The position numbers were made by a program, and so were the translations under genes. Below are positions 42,437 to 52,344 of a stretch of 64,000 nucleotides of DNA, in pieces (position 1 is the first letter of the stretch; each line of letters starts with the position of its first letter). The notes beneath the pieces are model-generated. The model was not told the origin of the DNA and did not search any database. It was given only the letters and a program-made list of their open reading frames with translations. Source of the stretch: a virus; the IMG/VR virus record IMGVR_UViG_3300042691_030495; one strand, 5' to 3'.

Positions 42437-45280
42437 GTGGCAGTAGTAGGCGAAGCGCACATACTCGTACGCGCTATTACTACCGGTGTTAACCGAGACA
42501 TCCAGCGCGCGTTCCGAGGTCTTTCCGGTGAGGGTGGCTCTGCTCGAAGAAGCGGTGAAAGCCTAGGAGCTGCTTTTTCTAGAGGATTCAACTCTAATGT
42601 AAATGGAAACATATTTTCTAGAATAACTGAAGGCCTGAATAACATGGCACCGGCTGCAGAAGGTGCTAGACGAAGGTTTCAGTCGTTAGTACGAACTGGA
42701 TACACACTGGGAACGGCTATTTCTAGCGTTGTAGGTGGAATTGCTGCCGTAGTTAGCGGATTGTTCTCCCTAGTCGGAGCTGGTGCTGCAGCTTCGGTAT
42801 CTATTGTGGGACTAGTGGGTGCTTTTGTCAGCCTCCGAATAGGTATGTTTGCGGCATCCTTTGCCTTAAAAGGAATCAGTGCTGCTGTAGGTAGGGCAAC
42901 CAGCGCTCAGTCTGGTATGGGACAAACTTTAGCTGAAGTAAATAAGCAGTTTAAAGAGCTTAGACGTAGCGCTGAGTCCGCTGCTATGAGCGAAAAGCGT
43001 GCCGGCCTCGAGCTTGAAAAAGCACGCAATAACCTTCTTAGAATGCAAGACCTGCCGCCAAACAATATGGCACGTCGAGAGGCAGAGCTTGCTCTTGAGG
43101 AAGCCGAGCTAAACTACCGTCAGGCTAAAGAGCGTAGCAAAGACCTTAACGACGAACTCTCTAAGGGCAAAGAAGGCCTGATGGCCACTGCCGGCGTTGA
43201 TCCGTACGCTGGCCTAACAAAGAGTCAAAAAGAGTTTGCTCAACTACTAGTAAGACTTAAGCCCAAGCTAGATGAGCTCAGAGAAGCAGTAGCTAAAGGA
43301 TTCTTACCGCTACTCGGTGAGCAGCTAGAAAGATTGGCAAATGGCCCGTTCTTTGACACTATAAAGAAGGGCCTTGCTGGTGTCGCGGACTCTTTAGGTA
43401 TTGCTGCAAGAAACTTTACTGACTTTTTAGTTAAGCAAATTAACTTAGACAAGTTAGACACCGTTTTTGCCAACTCTAAGCCAACTATTGAAGCCTTCGG
43501 GACTATTCTAGGTAAAGTTTTTGACGGCTTCCTCTCCGTTCTAGTGTTCGCTGATCCACTAGTTAAGCAGTTTGTAGCTTTCTTAGATAGAAACTTAACT
43601 AAGTTTAGCGACTTTATGAATGCGCCAGAAAATAAGGCAGAAATTGAAGGATTTTTTGCAACTGTAAGCCAACTAGCTACCGACTTTGCAGATATATTTG
43701 GAAATATTTTTGGTGGCTTTGGGAAGATAATTAAAGCTAATATTGGCCCTGGATCTGGCGGTCAAATTCTAATCGACTACCTGAAAGAGGCAACGGCAAG
43801 CTTCAAAAACTTAGAGGAAATAGATGGCAAGCCGCTAAGAGAGTTTTTTGCTGGAGCCGCTGAAAATGCTAAGGCTGTAATAGATTCTGTCGGAACGCTT
43901 CTAGGTGAGATATTCAAACTTGCTGATGATCCAGCAATTAAAGAGACGTTTGATATTCTCAAGGAAGGCGCTGCTCCTTTAGGAGAAATTCTAGGTAAGT
44001 ACATAGCAGCTGGTCCGTCTTTTGCAAGGCTTGTTGTAACTCTTACAAACATTTCAAACTCGCTGACTGACACAAAATCGATAGAAACATTTTTTAACGT
44101 TTTAAATGGTATAGCTACTGTAATTGAAAAAGCTCTAGGCAACGAAACCGTTCAAAAAATTCTAGCTGTTACTGGACAAATTTTTGCGTTCTTCTCGGCT
44201 CTAGGTTTGGCACTGTCTACTGCTCAATTCTTTGGGTCCGTAGTCAATGGAGTATTCCAATCCGTTTTGGGGCCACTTGGGACACTACTTACAAAAACTA
44301 AGCAGTATTTTGCATTCTTAACTTACTCAAATAACGCCTTTGCAAGTGCGTTTGGTAGAGTCGGATCATTCTTAATGAAGAGCCCTATTTTAATTGCAAT
44401 AGGACTACTTATAGCTGCTTTTGTATACTTATACAACACCAGCGATTCATTTAGACAGTTTATAGACACCACCCTCAAAGGCGTACTGGACTCTCTTGGC
44501 GAATCCTTCAATAAAATTATGGAAGCAATTCAGCCTTTAATTGATGTTGTAGTGAATCAGCTACTTCCTAGCTTAATGGAAGGTCTTCAGCCAATATTGG
44601 AGGCTATAATCGCTGGTCTAGGGCTTTTTGCTACTTTTGTTGGTAAAGTTTTGGTTGCCGCGGTAGAAACTGTCATGCCAATAATTATGGCGTTAGTTGA
44701 TATTTTAATGCCAATAATTGACATCTTTATGCAACTAATCAGGCTTGTTGGAGAGTTTGCAAAAGCTCTTATAACAGGCGACTGGAGTTCGTTCGGTAAA
44801 ATATTTATGGACGTTCTCAGGAAGATTGTCCAAGGACTGGCTGATCTTCTTGTGGGTGCCGGTAATGCACTCGTTGACTTCCTAAACTGGCTTGTTAGAT
44901 CATTCTTTAACGGCATCGGTGGAGGACTAGCTGACCTCATTAAAACTTTCAGCGGTGGAACAATAAACCTGAAATCCAACCCACCTCAGATACCAAGATT
45001 TGGGAAAATTGTAGTTCCTGCATTTGCTGATGGAGGAGTTGTTCAGGCAAGCCAGGGCGGAACTTTAGCTATGGTTGCAGAAGCTGGAAGACCAGAAAGA
45101 ATTGAACCTCTAGATGCAAATGGGCTATCTCTTCGAGACAAAGCTTTAATAGCTGCTCTAAGTGGTAAGGGAGCCGGAGCCACAATAAATGTCTACCCAT
45201 CCCCAGGCATGGATGAGAGAGAGCTGTCAGAGCTGGTCTCTCGTAGGCTTGCTTTTGAGATTCGTAAAGGAGCCTTCTAA
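42437..45280 (+). CDS. tape measure protein
   Basis: 947 aa helical Ala/Gly-rich; AFADGGVV...VAEAGRPE C-terminus. Confidence 0.93.
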   Translation: MAVVGEAHILVRAITTGVNRDIQRAFRGLSGEGGSARRSGESLGAAFSRGFNSNVNGNIFSRITEGLNNMAPAAEGARRRFQSLVRTGYTLGTAISSVVGGIAAVVSGLFSLVGAGAAASVSIVGLVGAFVSLRIGMFAASFALKGISAAVGRATSAQSGMGQTLAEVNKQFKELRRSAESAAMSEKRAGLELEKARNNLLRMQDLPPNNMARREAELALEEAELNYRQAKERSKDLNDELSKGKEGLMATAGVDPYAGLTKSQKEFAQLLVRLKPKLDELREAVAKGFLPLLGEQLERLANGPFFDTIKKGLAGVADSLGIAARNFTDFLVKQINLDKLDTVFANSKPTIEAFGTILGKVFDGFLSVLVFADPLVKQFVAFLDRNLTKFSDFMNAPENKAEIEGFFATVSQLATDFADIFGNIFGGFGKIIKANIGPGSGGQILIDYLKEATASFKNLEEIDGKPLREFFAGAAENAKAVIDSVGTLLGEIFKLADDPAIKETFDILKEGAAPLGEILGKYIAAGPSFARLVVTLTNISNSLTDTKSIETFFNVLNGIATVIEKALGNETVQKILAVTGQIFAFFSALGLALSTAQFFGSVVNGVFQSVLGPLGTLLTKTKQYFAFLTYSNNAFASAFGRVGSFLMKSPILIAIGLLIAAFVYLYNTSDSFRQFIDTTLKGVLDSLGESFNKIMEAIQPLIDVVVNQLLPSLMEGLQPILEAIIAGLGLFATFVGKVLVAAVETVMPIIMALVDILMPIIDIFMQLIRLVGEFAKALITGDWSSFGKIFMDVLRKIVQGLADLLVGAGNALVDFLNWLVRSFFNGIGGGLADLIKTFSGGTINLKSNPPQIPRFGKIVVPAFADGGVVQASQGGTLAMVAEAGRPERIEPLDANGLSLRDKALIAALSGKGAGATINVYPSPGMDERELSELVSRRLAFEIRKGAF

Positions 45281-46500
45281 TGTCAGAGTATGACTCAAGT
45301 ATCAACTTAAATCCGGTAGCTCAATCTGAAGAGAATAAGCTTGTAAATAAAGCTCTAACCAAACTTCCAATTCCTCATTTTTCTGGACTAAAACTAAAAG
45401 CAGACATTAAAATTGGAAGTTTAGTTTTAAACACCATAGATGAAGAAACTGGTGTTGTTTGGGTTTGTACTGACATCCAAGGATGGTGGACTCTCCCGGA
45501 TCCAGAACTCCCTGATCTGCCACGCGGTTGGGGTGACGGCTCATACGATGCCAAGGGCCGCTGGGCAAGTAGGATTTTGACACTAAACGGAAGCTTTTTA
45601 ACCCAAGACCCGGATCAAGTTGAAGCAGCTAGAGCAAAACTCTTAGATGCTATTTCTCTGGTCTATCGAGGAGACTGGCTAGTAGTCAACGAAACTCCAG
45701 TCACAAAAGGCACGTTTGTTCGACTTAGCGGTAGGCCTGAAATTGACACGGTGAGCGCTAGAGGTAGAACTAACTTCTCTATCGGTCTAAAAGCAGCTGA
45801 CCCTATAAAGTATGAGTACATCGAAGAAAACTCTGATGGCTACAATATTGTCACACTAACCGCAGATTCGAACGGTGATGCCAGTGCAACAATAACAAAT
45901 GCTGGAAACATAGCTGTTCCAATTATTATTGAGCTATCTAAGGGATTCAATGTTTCAACTCCTGGCCCGGATGCGGGAGCAACCCTTATTCCTATTGAGT
46001 TTTATCAAAGAACCGAAGGCGCAATTACACTACAATTTGCCTCTGCTCCCCCATTTAACGAAGGGGATACCGTTTACTTGGATGACGTACACCCAACTAT
46101 GGATGGCTATCAGGTAGTTAACGTGGTTGATGGTGATATATTACAAATAACTAGCCCTGGAGCTAACATACCTATCGCTCCGGCGGGCAGTGGTGCCTCT
46201 ATCTCTGCTTCGTCTGGCCCAAATCAAGCCACTATCACAAACTCCACCAGTGACCAAGCTATAACTATTATTGATGGAACTTCCTCTACTAATCAATTAG
46301 AAATAGACACGTACAATAGAGAAGTTTTAGAAGTGGAGTATTTGGCTGATCAAGTTGTTAACGTTGAAAACGGTAGAGCTAAAGTTTCTATTCTTATTGA
46401 TTGGATATATCTAGAGCCCGGAACTAATAATATAGAATTAACTAATTTCCCAGCCAGCAGCATTTGTAAGATCTACTATAGATCCGGCTGGATAGGTTAG
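45280..46500 (+). CDS. distal tail (Dit) protein with inserted domain
   Basis: Follows TMP; KAADPIKY and LEPGTNNI motifs. Confidence 0.8.
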   Translation: MSEYDSSINLNPVAQSEENKLVNKALTKLPIPHFSGLKLKADIKIGSLVLNTIDEETGVVWVCTDIQGWWTLPDPELPDLPRGWGDGSYDAKGRWASRILTLNGSFLTQDPDQVEAARAKLLDAISLVYRGDWLVVNETPVTKGTFVRLSGRPEIDTVSARGRTNFSIGLKAADPIKYEYIEENSDGYNIVTLTADSNGDASATITNAGNIAVPIIIELSKGFNVSTPGPDAGATLIPIEFYQRTEGAITLQFASAPPFNEGDTVYLDDVHPTMDGYQVVNVVDGDILQITSPGANIPIAPAGSGASISASSGPNQATITNSTSDQAITIIDGTSSTNQLEIDTYNREVLEVEYLADQVVNVENGRAKVSILIDWIYLEPGTNNIELTNFPASSICKIYYRSGWIG

Positions 46501-46531
46501 ACTTAGACTAACGAAAGACATATAATCAACA

Positions 46532-48634
46532 ATGACACCAACTTTTCAAGACAGAGATTTAGTAGCAGACTATCGATATTTCGTAGTCGACCTACTCAGC
46601 AATGAGCTGCTTGCAGAAATACCTTTTAGAGGCGTGTCCTACTCTAGATCCCTCCGCGAGGCAGGCAGTTTTTCAGGCTCTATTGCAGTAACCCAGGAAA
46701 CTATCAACTTAAGTCTCTATGAGAACACCTTGCCTGGTAAGACTGCGCTGTATGTTGTTAGAGATGGCCTCTGCGTATGGGGTGGAATTATCTGGACCAG
46801 ATCGTACAACATTGTAGAAAAAACTTTAGAAATAAGTGGTTCAGAGTTTACTAGCTATCTATATAAAAGAATACTTTGGAAAACTTGGAGCAATGCATAC
46901 TCGGCTAGCATAGTAGTTTCAGGCGGAAGAGCCGATGTGACTCTAGACTTTGCCCAATACGACTTCAAGCCAGGAGAACCTGTATGGATTGACTGGGGGC
47001 CGGACAGAGTTCCTTATACGGGATACTACACTCCACTAGCTTCTCCGGCACCAGGGCTTACAGGAGATGATCGATCAACTTTTAGTGTGTCAGCAACATA
47101 CGTTAACGCTAAGGGCCAAACAAAAACTATACCCAACATAACTGTGGGTGAAGACGAAGAAGATACAAGCGATAGGGCAACTGTAGAAGTTAGACAAGAT
47201 ACGTATAACTATGTTCGTGATCTTCTAACCGAACTTACTTCTGATTTATTTGACTTTGATTTTCCTAATGATGAGATACGTCCTGGAATAGATGTTTTCA
47301 ATGAAATAGAAACTTACTCCAGATCTGGAAATGTTGCATCTATTAGTACTAAAGAGCCTCACAAGCTTGTGCCTGGGCAAAAACTCTCTATCACTGATGT
47401 CGGCTCAGGATTTGATGACGCTGAGGCTGTGGTTATCTCTGCCCCGACTAACTATACGTTTACATACGCTAATACCGGAAGCACTGTAGCCCTCACAACT
47501 GCTGCAGAAAGATCTGTAGATATCTCCAATTTCCAAAGAACAAATGGAATCACTACTATAACAACGGAGTCTGCTCACGGGTTTGAAGTTGGGGACATCG
47601 TCTACATTGACGAGCTTAACTCTTCTATAGACGGCTACCACACCATATACACGATAAACACTCCAACTACCAGCAACTTTCAAATCGTTAATCCTGGAAA
47701 TAAAATAGCTTTTAGCTCTGCTGGAAATCCGTTAGCAAACGCTACTGTTGCTCCGGCTATAACCTATGCCACATGGGGGGAGTACACAGATAACGGAGAC
47801 ATTGGCTTAACTTACTCTACAGACTTGCCTAGTCAAACCCTTAGTCAAAATGAGTTAATTAGAGGATTTAAACTAGAGTCTATCGGGGAAATTTTAGAAA
47901 AGTATTCTAATGTTCCAGATGGTTTTGAGTACCGAATTGACTGTAGCTACAATGCAACTACTAATAAGTTTAATCGCACTTTTGTGTTTCTTCCTATTTT
48001 TCCAACAAGCCTGAAATACTACATAGATAGTTTGCCGGGCGGAGTATTGCCTCCCGGAGAGTTTGCCCCGGTTAGCGCATATGGCGCTGATCAAGTTGTT
48101 TTTGAGTACCCAGGCAACATACTCGATGCGAGTCTGGAGGAGAATGCTCAGGACGCAGCCACTCGTTTTTGGGTTCAGGGAGATGACTCAACTCTCAGCT
48201 CTGAAGCTAGCCAACCGTATGCTGGAGCTGCCGATGTGGAACTACTTCTTCGAGGCTGGCCTATTCTTGAAGAGGTAGAAAAAGTAGACAATGTTGCTGA
48301 AGAGAACACGCTTCACACCTACGCAGAACGTTTTCTAGCTGAGGCCAGACCCCCAATTAGCAACTTTTCTATTTCTGTAAATGGTTCACTAAATCCACAG
48401 TTGGGGTCATACAACCCGGGTGATTGGTGCTCTATTATAATTAATGATGACTTTGTTAGATTGAGGCTATCAAGCTACATAGAGTTAAATGACGGAACTG
48501 GACGAGAAGTGCTACTGCGTAAAATTGACGCATATGACGTTAGTGTGCCGGACAATCCGTCATTTCCAGAGCAGGTAACACTACAACTAGTGACTGAAGC
48601 GGAGGTGGACAAGTTTGGCAATCAGACGTCGTAG
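46532..48634 (+). CDS. minor tail (baseplate hub) protein with inserted repeats
   Basis: LAEIPF...VWGGIIW N-terminus; YNPGDWC C-terminus. Confidence 0.8.
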   Translation: MTPTFQDRDLVADYRYFVVDLLSNELLAEIPFRGVSYSRSLREAGSFSGSIAVTQETINLSLYENTLPGKTALYVVRDGLCVWGGIIWTRSYNIVEKTLEISGSEFTSYLYKRILWKTWSNAYSASIVVSGGRADVTLDFAQYDFKPGEPVWIDWGPDRVPYTGYYTPLASPAPGLTGDDRSTFSVSATYVNAKGQTKTIPNITVGEDEEDTSDRATVEVRQDTYNYVRDLLTELTSDLFDFDFPNDEIRPGIDVFNEIETYSRSGNVASISTKEPHKLVPGQKLSITDVGSGFDDAEAVVISAPTNYTFTYANTGSTVALTTAAERSVDISNFQRTNGITTITTESAHGFEVGDIVYIDELNSSIDGYHTIYTINTPTTSNFQIVNPGNKIAFSSAGNPLANATVAPAITYATWGEYTDNGDIGLTYSTDLPSQTLSQNELIRGFKLESIGEILEKYSNVPDGFEYRIDCSYNATTNKFNRTFVFLPIFPTSLKYYIDSLPGGVLPPGEFAPVSAYGADQVVFEYPGNILDASLEENAQDAATRFWVQGDDSTLSSEASQPYAGAADVELLLRGWPILEEVEKVDNVAEENTLHTYAERFLAEARPPISNFSISVNGSLNPQLGSYNPGDWCSIIINDDFVRLRLSSYIELNDGTGREVLLRKIDAYDVSVPDNPSFPEQVTLQLVTEAEVDKFGNQTS

Positions 48635-51500
48635 AAAGACACTTACTAATCTTTTAAGCACTATGGAGCGCAGGGTTACTGCGGTCGAACTTCGTCCTAT
48701 AAACCTACTCCCCGCTAGTCAGATTCCTGGCGAAAATGATGACTTAGATCCAGGACCTGACACTGTTGTTGGGTTAGATGCTCCTAACCAATACAAAAAA
48801 GTTGTAGGAGGCTACTACTACAGTTCTCAAATTACTGGAGTCTCTAAGCCAAGAATTGAGCTCTACTTTGAGGCGGATCCAGGACTTCAGGACGACCTCA
48901 CGGTTAGAGTGAGCGGTGTCCACAACATAGTACATAGCGGAAACAATGTAGCTATTACCGCATCCGGAGATTTTAGGACAATAAACTCTGACAGACCCCC
49001 CTATGAAAATCGCGCTTCATACAGTGGACAAAGAGACACTCCCGATGCAGAAACTATAGCTGCTACAGTCCTATATAACCCAGACTCCGGGACCCAGTAT
49101 GGCGTGAAAAAAGAAGTAGTCTATAGGGCCAGAATATCTACACTAGAAGCCACCACTACTACAGCAAAAATAGTTTTTACGTCAACTAATCCTTTCAAGG
49201 TTGGCGATGTTATATACGTAGACGTACGACCAGACGATGGACCGTTTTTTGGTCTCGATGGGCTACACAAAGTAGCAAGCGTTGGATCTAACTTTATAAC
49301 TTACAGCTTTTCTTCATCACTAGAAGAACCTGTAAACGTAGCTTCTGTGACAGATGAGTTGTACGTTCACGCCGTAGCTCAGGCGGCAATTAGAGACGGT
49401 GCTACTTGGATCTCTCCAGACAACGTTGTGTATGTGTGGAAAGACATCAGATGGGTTTTGTTTAGCAGCTCTTCTCCTATCACCGAAGACGGGGTTGCCC
49501 CAAACCCGGTGACTAATTTAGCAGCTACTGACGAGAACGATACTCCAGACGGCAGCTCTAATGGGCTAAGCAGAGTGACTCTGACTTGGGACGCTCCTAC
49601 TGAAAATTCTGATGGATCAAACTTAGATGACTTAATAGGGTATACGATTTGGTCTAAACAGTACCCGAACCAAGAGTGGGACAAAACTGATTTTACTGGG
49701 TCTGAGACCACCTGGAGTAAAGGTGGATTCCAACAGGGTAAAAAAGCCTACTTTAAGGTCTTTGCTCGTGACAGTGGCGGGCTCCTATCCTCCGGAGTAG
49801 ACCTAGAGCACACTACTAGCATTTCGGTTCCAACTGTATCAAAACCTGCAGCTCCAGTAGCTACAACCTATCTTGGAACAATAAAAATTGCCTACGATGA
49901 CTTAACTGCTACTGGCCTTGTGCAGGCAGGTACAGCAAAAGAAATTCAAGTATATTTCTCTGATATAGATGGGTTTACCCCGGACGAAAATACTTATTAT
50001 GGAAAGTTTCCTGCAAATGCTGGAAGCTACATAATTATTCCTGGCACCGAGCTGGTTGACAATACTGATTACTACATCAAAATCATTGTTCGAGATATTT
50101 ATGGAAATATAACCCCCCCTTCCGATCAAGTGGCGATCAGGGCTCAGCTAAAAAATATCGTAACTTTTGACATGATTGATGTTGGTACACTGACTGCTCA
50201 AGCCATTATTGGTCTACAGATAAGTACTAGTGCAAATGCTTCTACAAATGGAGGAATTGTTCTAACTAAGGACTTTCTTGCGGCCTACGACCCATCTGGT
50301 GCTCAAACTTTTAGAATCGATGCTGCTGATGGGTCGGTGTCCATTGGTGCCTATCTAGGTAGAAGCGAAGCAGCGGGATTTTTAACGATAGCTAGCGCTG
50401 ACTTAAAATATGCAACAATCCTTACTGCCAACGGAATTTCAATTACTGCTAACACTGCTAAAGACACGGCTGACGACGCAGTGGAGGCTGCTGGCACAGC
50501 AAACGAAAAGCTCAACGACATTACCGAAATCAGCGCCGGTGTAGTTAGAATACGAAAAGCCAAGGCAATACAAGCGTTAAATAGCACCAGCGCCACTCTT
50601 TCTAATAACACTACAGAGATTGATGGCGGTATAATTCGGACCGGCACTATTCTTGCAGGCCAAATTGGAGCCGGTAACCTTCCAGTAGGGGTGATTTATG
50701 CTGGAACAATTAATGCAGATAAAGTAACTGCAGGTACTTTGACTGGAAGTACAGTCAGAACTGCCAGTTCTGGCACGAGAGTCGTTATGTCCTCTACAAA
50801 TAACAGATTTGATGTGTATGAGGGGACCACCCTGGTTGGGTCTATTGATGGTATTCAAAATACTGGTACCACTGGTATTCAGATGTTTGCCAGCATTGGC
50901 AGCGCTAGGATTCTTTGTAGCGAAGATGGTACCTTTATTAGTGCCAGCTCTTCCAGAAGACTAAGTCTGTCAAATACTGGTGCTTTTGCTTTTGTATCTA
51001 ATACCAGCTTTGAAGTAGACTCTCTGGCTCATTCTTCTGGTAAAGCTTATGTTTTTGCAAACTCTAGTGGATTTTTGACTTCAACCACAAGTACAACTGG
51101 AGTCTCTGATGCTAGGGTAAAGACCGACGTATCTGATTCTGATTTAGGATTAAAATTTATCTCTGATCTTAAACCTGTAAAATTTAAGTGGATCGATGGA
51201 GAGAATAGTCAAGAAGTCCACAGAACAAAATATCAGTATGGTCTGTTGGCTCAGAGCGTAAAAGAGTCTCTTGAGTCACGCGGCTTATATCAAGATACTG
51301 CTATAGTGCAGCCTGAACCTGACGTACAGTCTTTTAAAAAGGCTTATCCAGACATTGCAGGAGAGCTAGACGAGAATCCACTCTTAGGTTTAGATTATAT
51401 TCAACTAACACCGGTACTTATAAAGGCAGTACAAGAGATGTCTAGTAAAATAGATGCCCTAGAACTAGAACTAAAACTACTAAAAGATGGAGATAAATAA
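48615..51500 (+). CDS. central tail fibre/tip protein with FN3 domains and C-terminal S74 intramolecular chaperone
   Basis: PVTNL...VTLTWDAP FN3; SDARVKTDV...LKPVKFKW...GLLAQ...LIKAVQE. Confidence 0.85.
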   Translation: MAIRRRRKTLTNLLSTMERRVTAVELRPINLLPASQIPGENDDLDPGPDTVVGLDAPNQYKKVVGGYYYSSQITGVSKPRIELYFEADPGLQDDLTVRVSGVHNIVHSGNNVAITASGDFRTINSDRPPYENRASYSGQRDTPDAETIAATVLYNPDSGTQYGVKKEVVYRARISTLEATTTTAKIVFTSTNPFKVGDVIYVDVRPDDGPFFGLDGLHKVASVGSNFITYSFSSSLEEPVNVASVTDELYVHAVAQAAIRDGATWISPDNVVYVWKDIRWVLFSSSSPITEDGVAPNPVTNLAATDENDTPDGSSNGLSRVTLTWDAPTENSDGSNLDDLIGYTIWSKQYPNQEWDKTDFTGSETTWSKGGFQQGKKAYFKVFARDSGGLLSSGVDLEHTTSISVPTVSKPAAPVATTYLGTIKIAYDDLTATGLVQAGTAKEIQVYFSDIDGFTPDENTYYGKFPANAGSYIIIPGTELVDNTDYYIKIIVRDIYGNITPPSDQVAIRAQLKNIVTFDMIDVGTLTAQAIIGLQISTSANASTNGGIVLTKDFLAAYDPSGAQTFRIDAADGSVSIGAYLGRSEAAGFLTIASADLKYATILTANGISITANTAKDTADDAVEAAGTANEKLNDITEISAGVVRIRKAKAIQALNSTSATLSNNTTEIDGGIIRTGTILAGQIGAGNLPVGVIYAGTINADKVTAGTLTGSTVRTASSGTRVVMSSTNNRFDVYEGTTLVGSIDGIQNTGTTGIQMFASIGSARILCSEDGTFISASSSRRLSLSNTGAFAFVSNTSFEVDSLAHSSGKAYVFANSSGFLTSTTSTTGVSDARVKTDVSDSDLGLKFISDLKPVKFKWIDGENSQEVHRTKYQYGLLAQSVKESLESRGLYQDTAIVQPEPDVQSFKKAYPDIAGELDENPLLGLDYIQLTPVLIKAVQEMSSKIDALELELKLLKDGDK

Positions 51501-51502
51501 AT

Positions 51503-51832
51503 ATGGAACCCAACGTCGTATACACGATAGAAATGACGACTAATACTATACGTAGCTTTCCTAGAATTTTTAGGGTTGTATCCATTAACGGCACCGAGAT
51601 ACACAGGCAACTTGTAAGCTTTGAAGAAGTTCAAGCAATAAACCCGGGGCTTGGTGTTGAATATGCAGAACTATATAAAACATATTTAGAAGATTTTGTT
51701 GCTTCTGTAGACACGTCTTTAGGCTTTTTAGGCCTCACGGAGGCAGATCTTTCTGATTTTGCTTCTGGTATTAACTATGCCGCTTCAGTTTCTGCTGTAC
51801 CCGCGTTCCAACCACCGGCAGTAACCGAATAG
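51503..51832 (+). CDS. hypothetical protein (possible fibre-associated)
   Basis: ORF track; adjacent to fibre gene. Confidence 0.65.
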   Translation: MEPNVVYTIEMTTNTIRSFPRIFRVVSINGTEIHRQLVSFEEVQAINPGLGVEYAELYKTYLEDFVASVDTSLGFLGLTEADLSDFASGINYAASVSAVPAFQPPAVTE

Positions 51833-51842
51833 TAAATATCAA

Positions 51843-52313
51843 ATGTTTGAGGTAAAAGATAGAAATAGAACTTTACAATTTAATGGAGTTCTTTTAGCTA
51901 AGTCTACCTCGGAAAGCAGAAATTCTCTTCGTTGGATCGAGTTTGAGCTTTACAGAACTGAAAGCGGATCCTACATTCTTTCAAGAATAGGGGTTTCCTT
52001 AGTTTTTCACGGTGCTGCCTGCCCGCTGGTAGACAGATACAGTCTGCAAGAGGCGTCAGCATCCAGTCTTTCCCCAAAAGCAGTGCCCTGCCCAGACTGT
52101 GATCCGGACGATAGTATTGAGCTGATATTCCCAGAAAAATACCGCTACTGGGCTCAGGTCTCGGAAAAGCCTGAAGCTGTACTTGATGCTTTATATAAAT
52201 ATGACAATAACGATGCTAAATACCTAACCTCCGTGGCGCAGCGCTTATTGGAAGAGGCCTCTAAACTTGACTCTGACATTGCAAACGTATACAATTACGA
52301 GATAATCCCTTAG
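51843..52313 (+). CDS. hypothetical phage protein with H/C zinc motif
   Basis: RWIEFELYRTESGSYIL; HGAAC...CPDC. Confidence 0.75.
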   Translation: MFEVKDRNRTLQFNGVLLAKSTSESRNSLRWIEFELYRTESGSYILSRIGVSLVFHGAACPLVDRYSLQEASASSLSPKAVPCPDCDPDDSIELIFPEKYRYWAQVSEKPEAVLDALYKYDNNDAKYLTSVAQRLLEEASKLDSDIANVYNYEIIP

Positions 52314-52344
52314 GGGCAAACTAACACCGAACGAAACGACAAAA

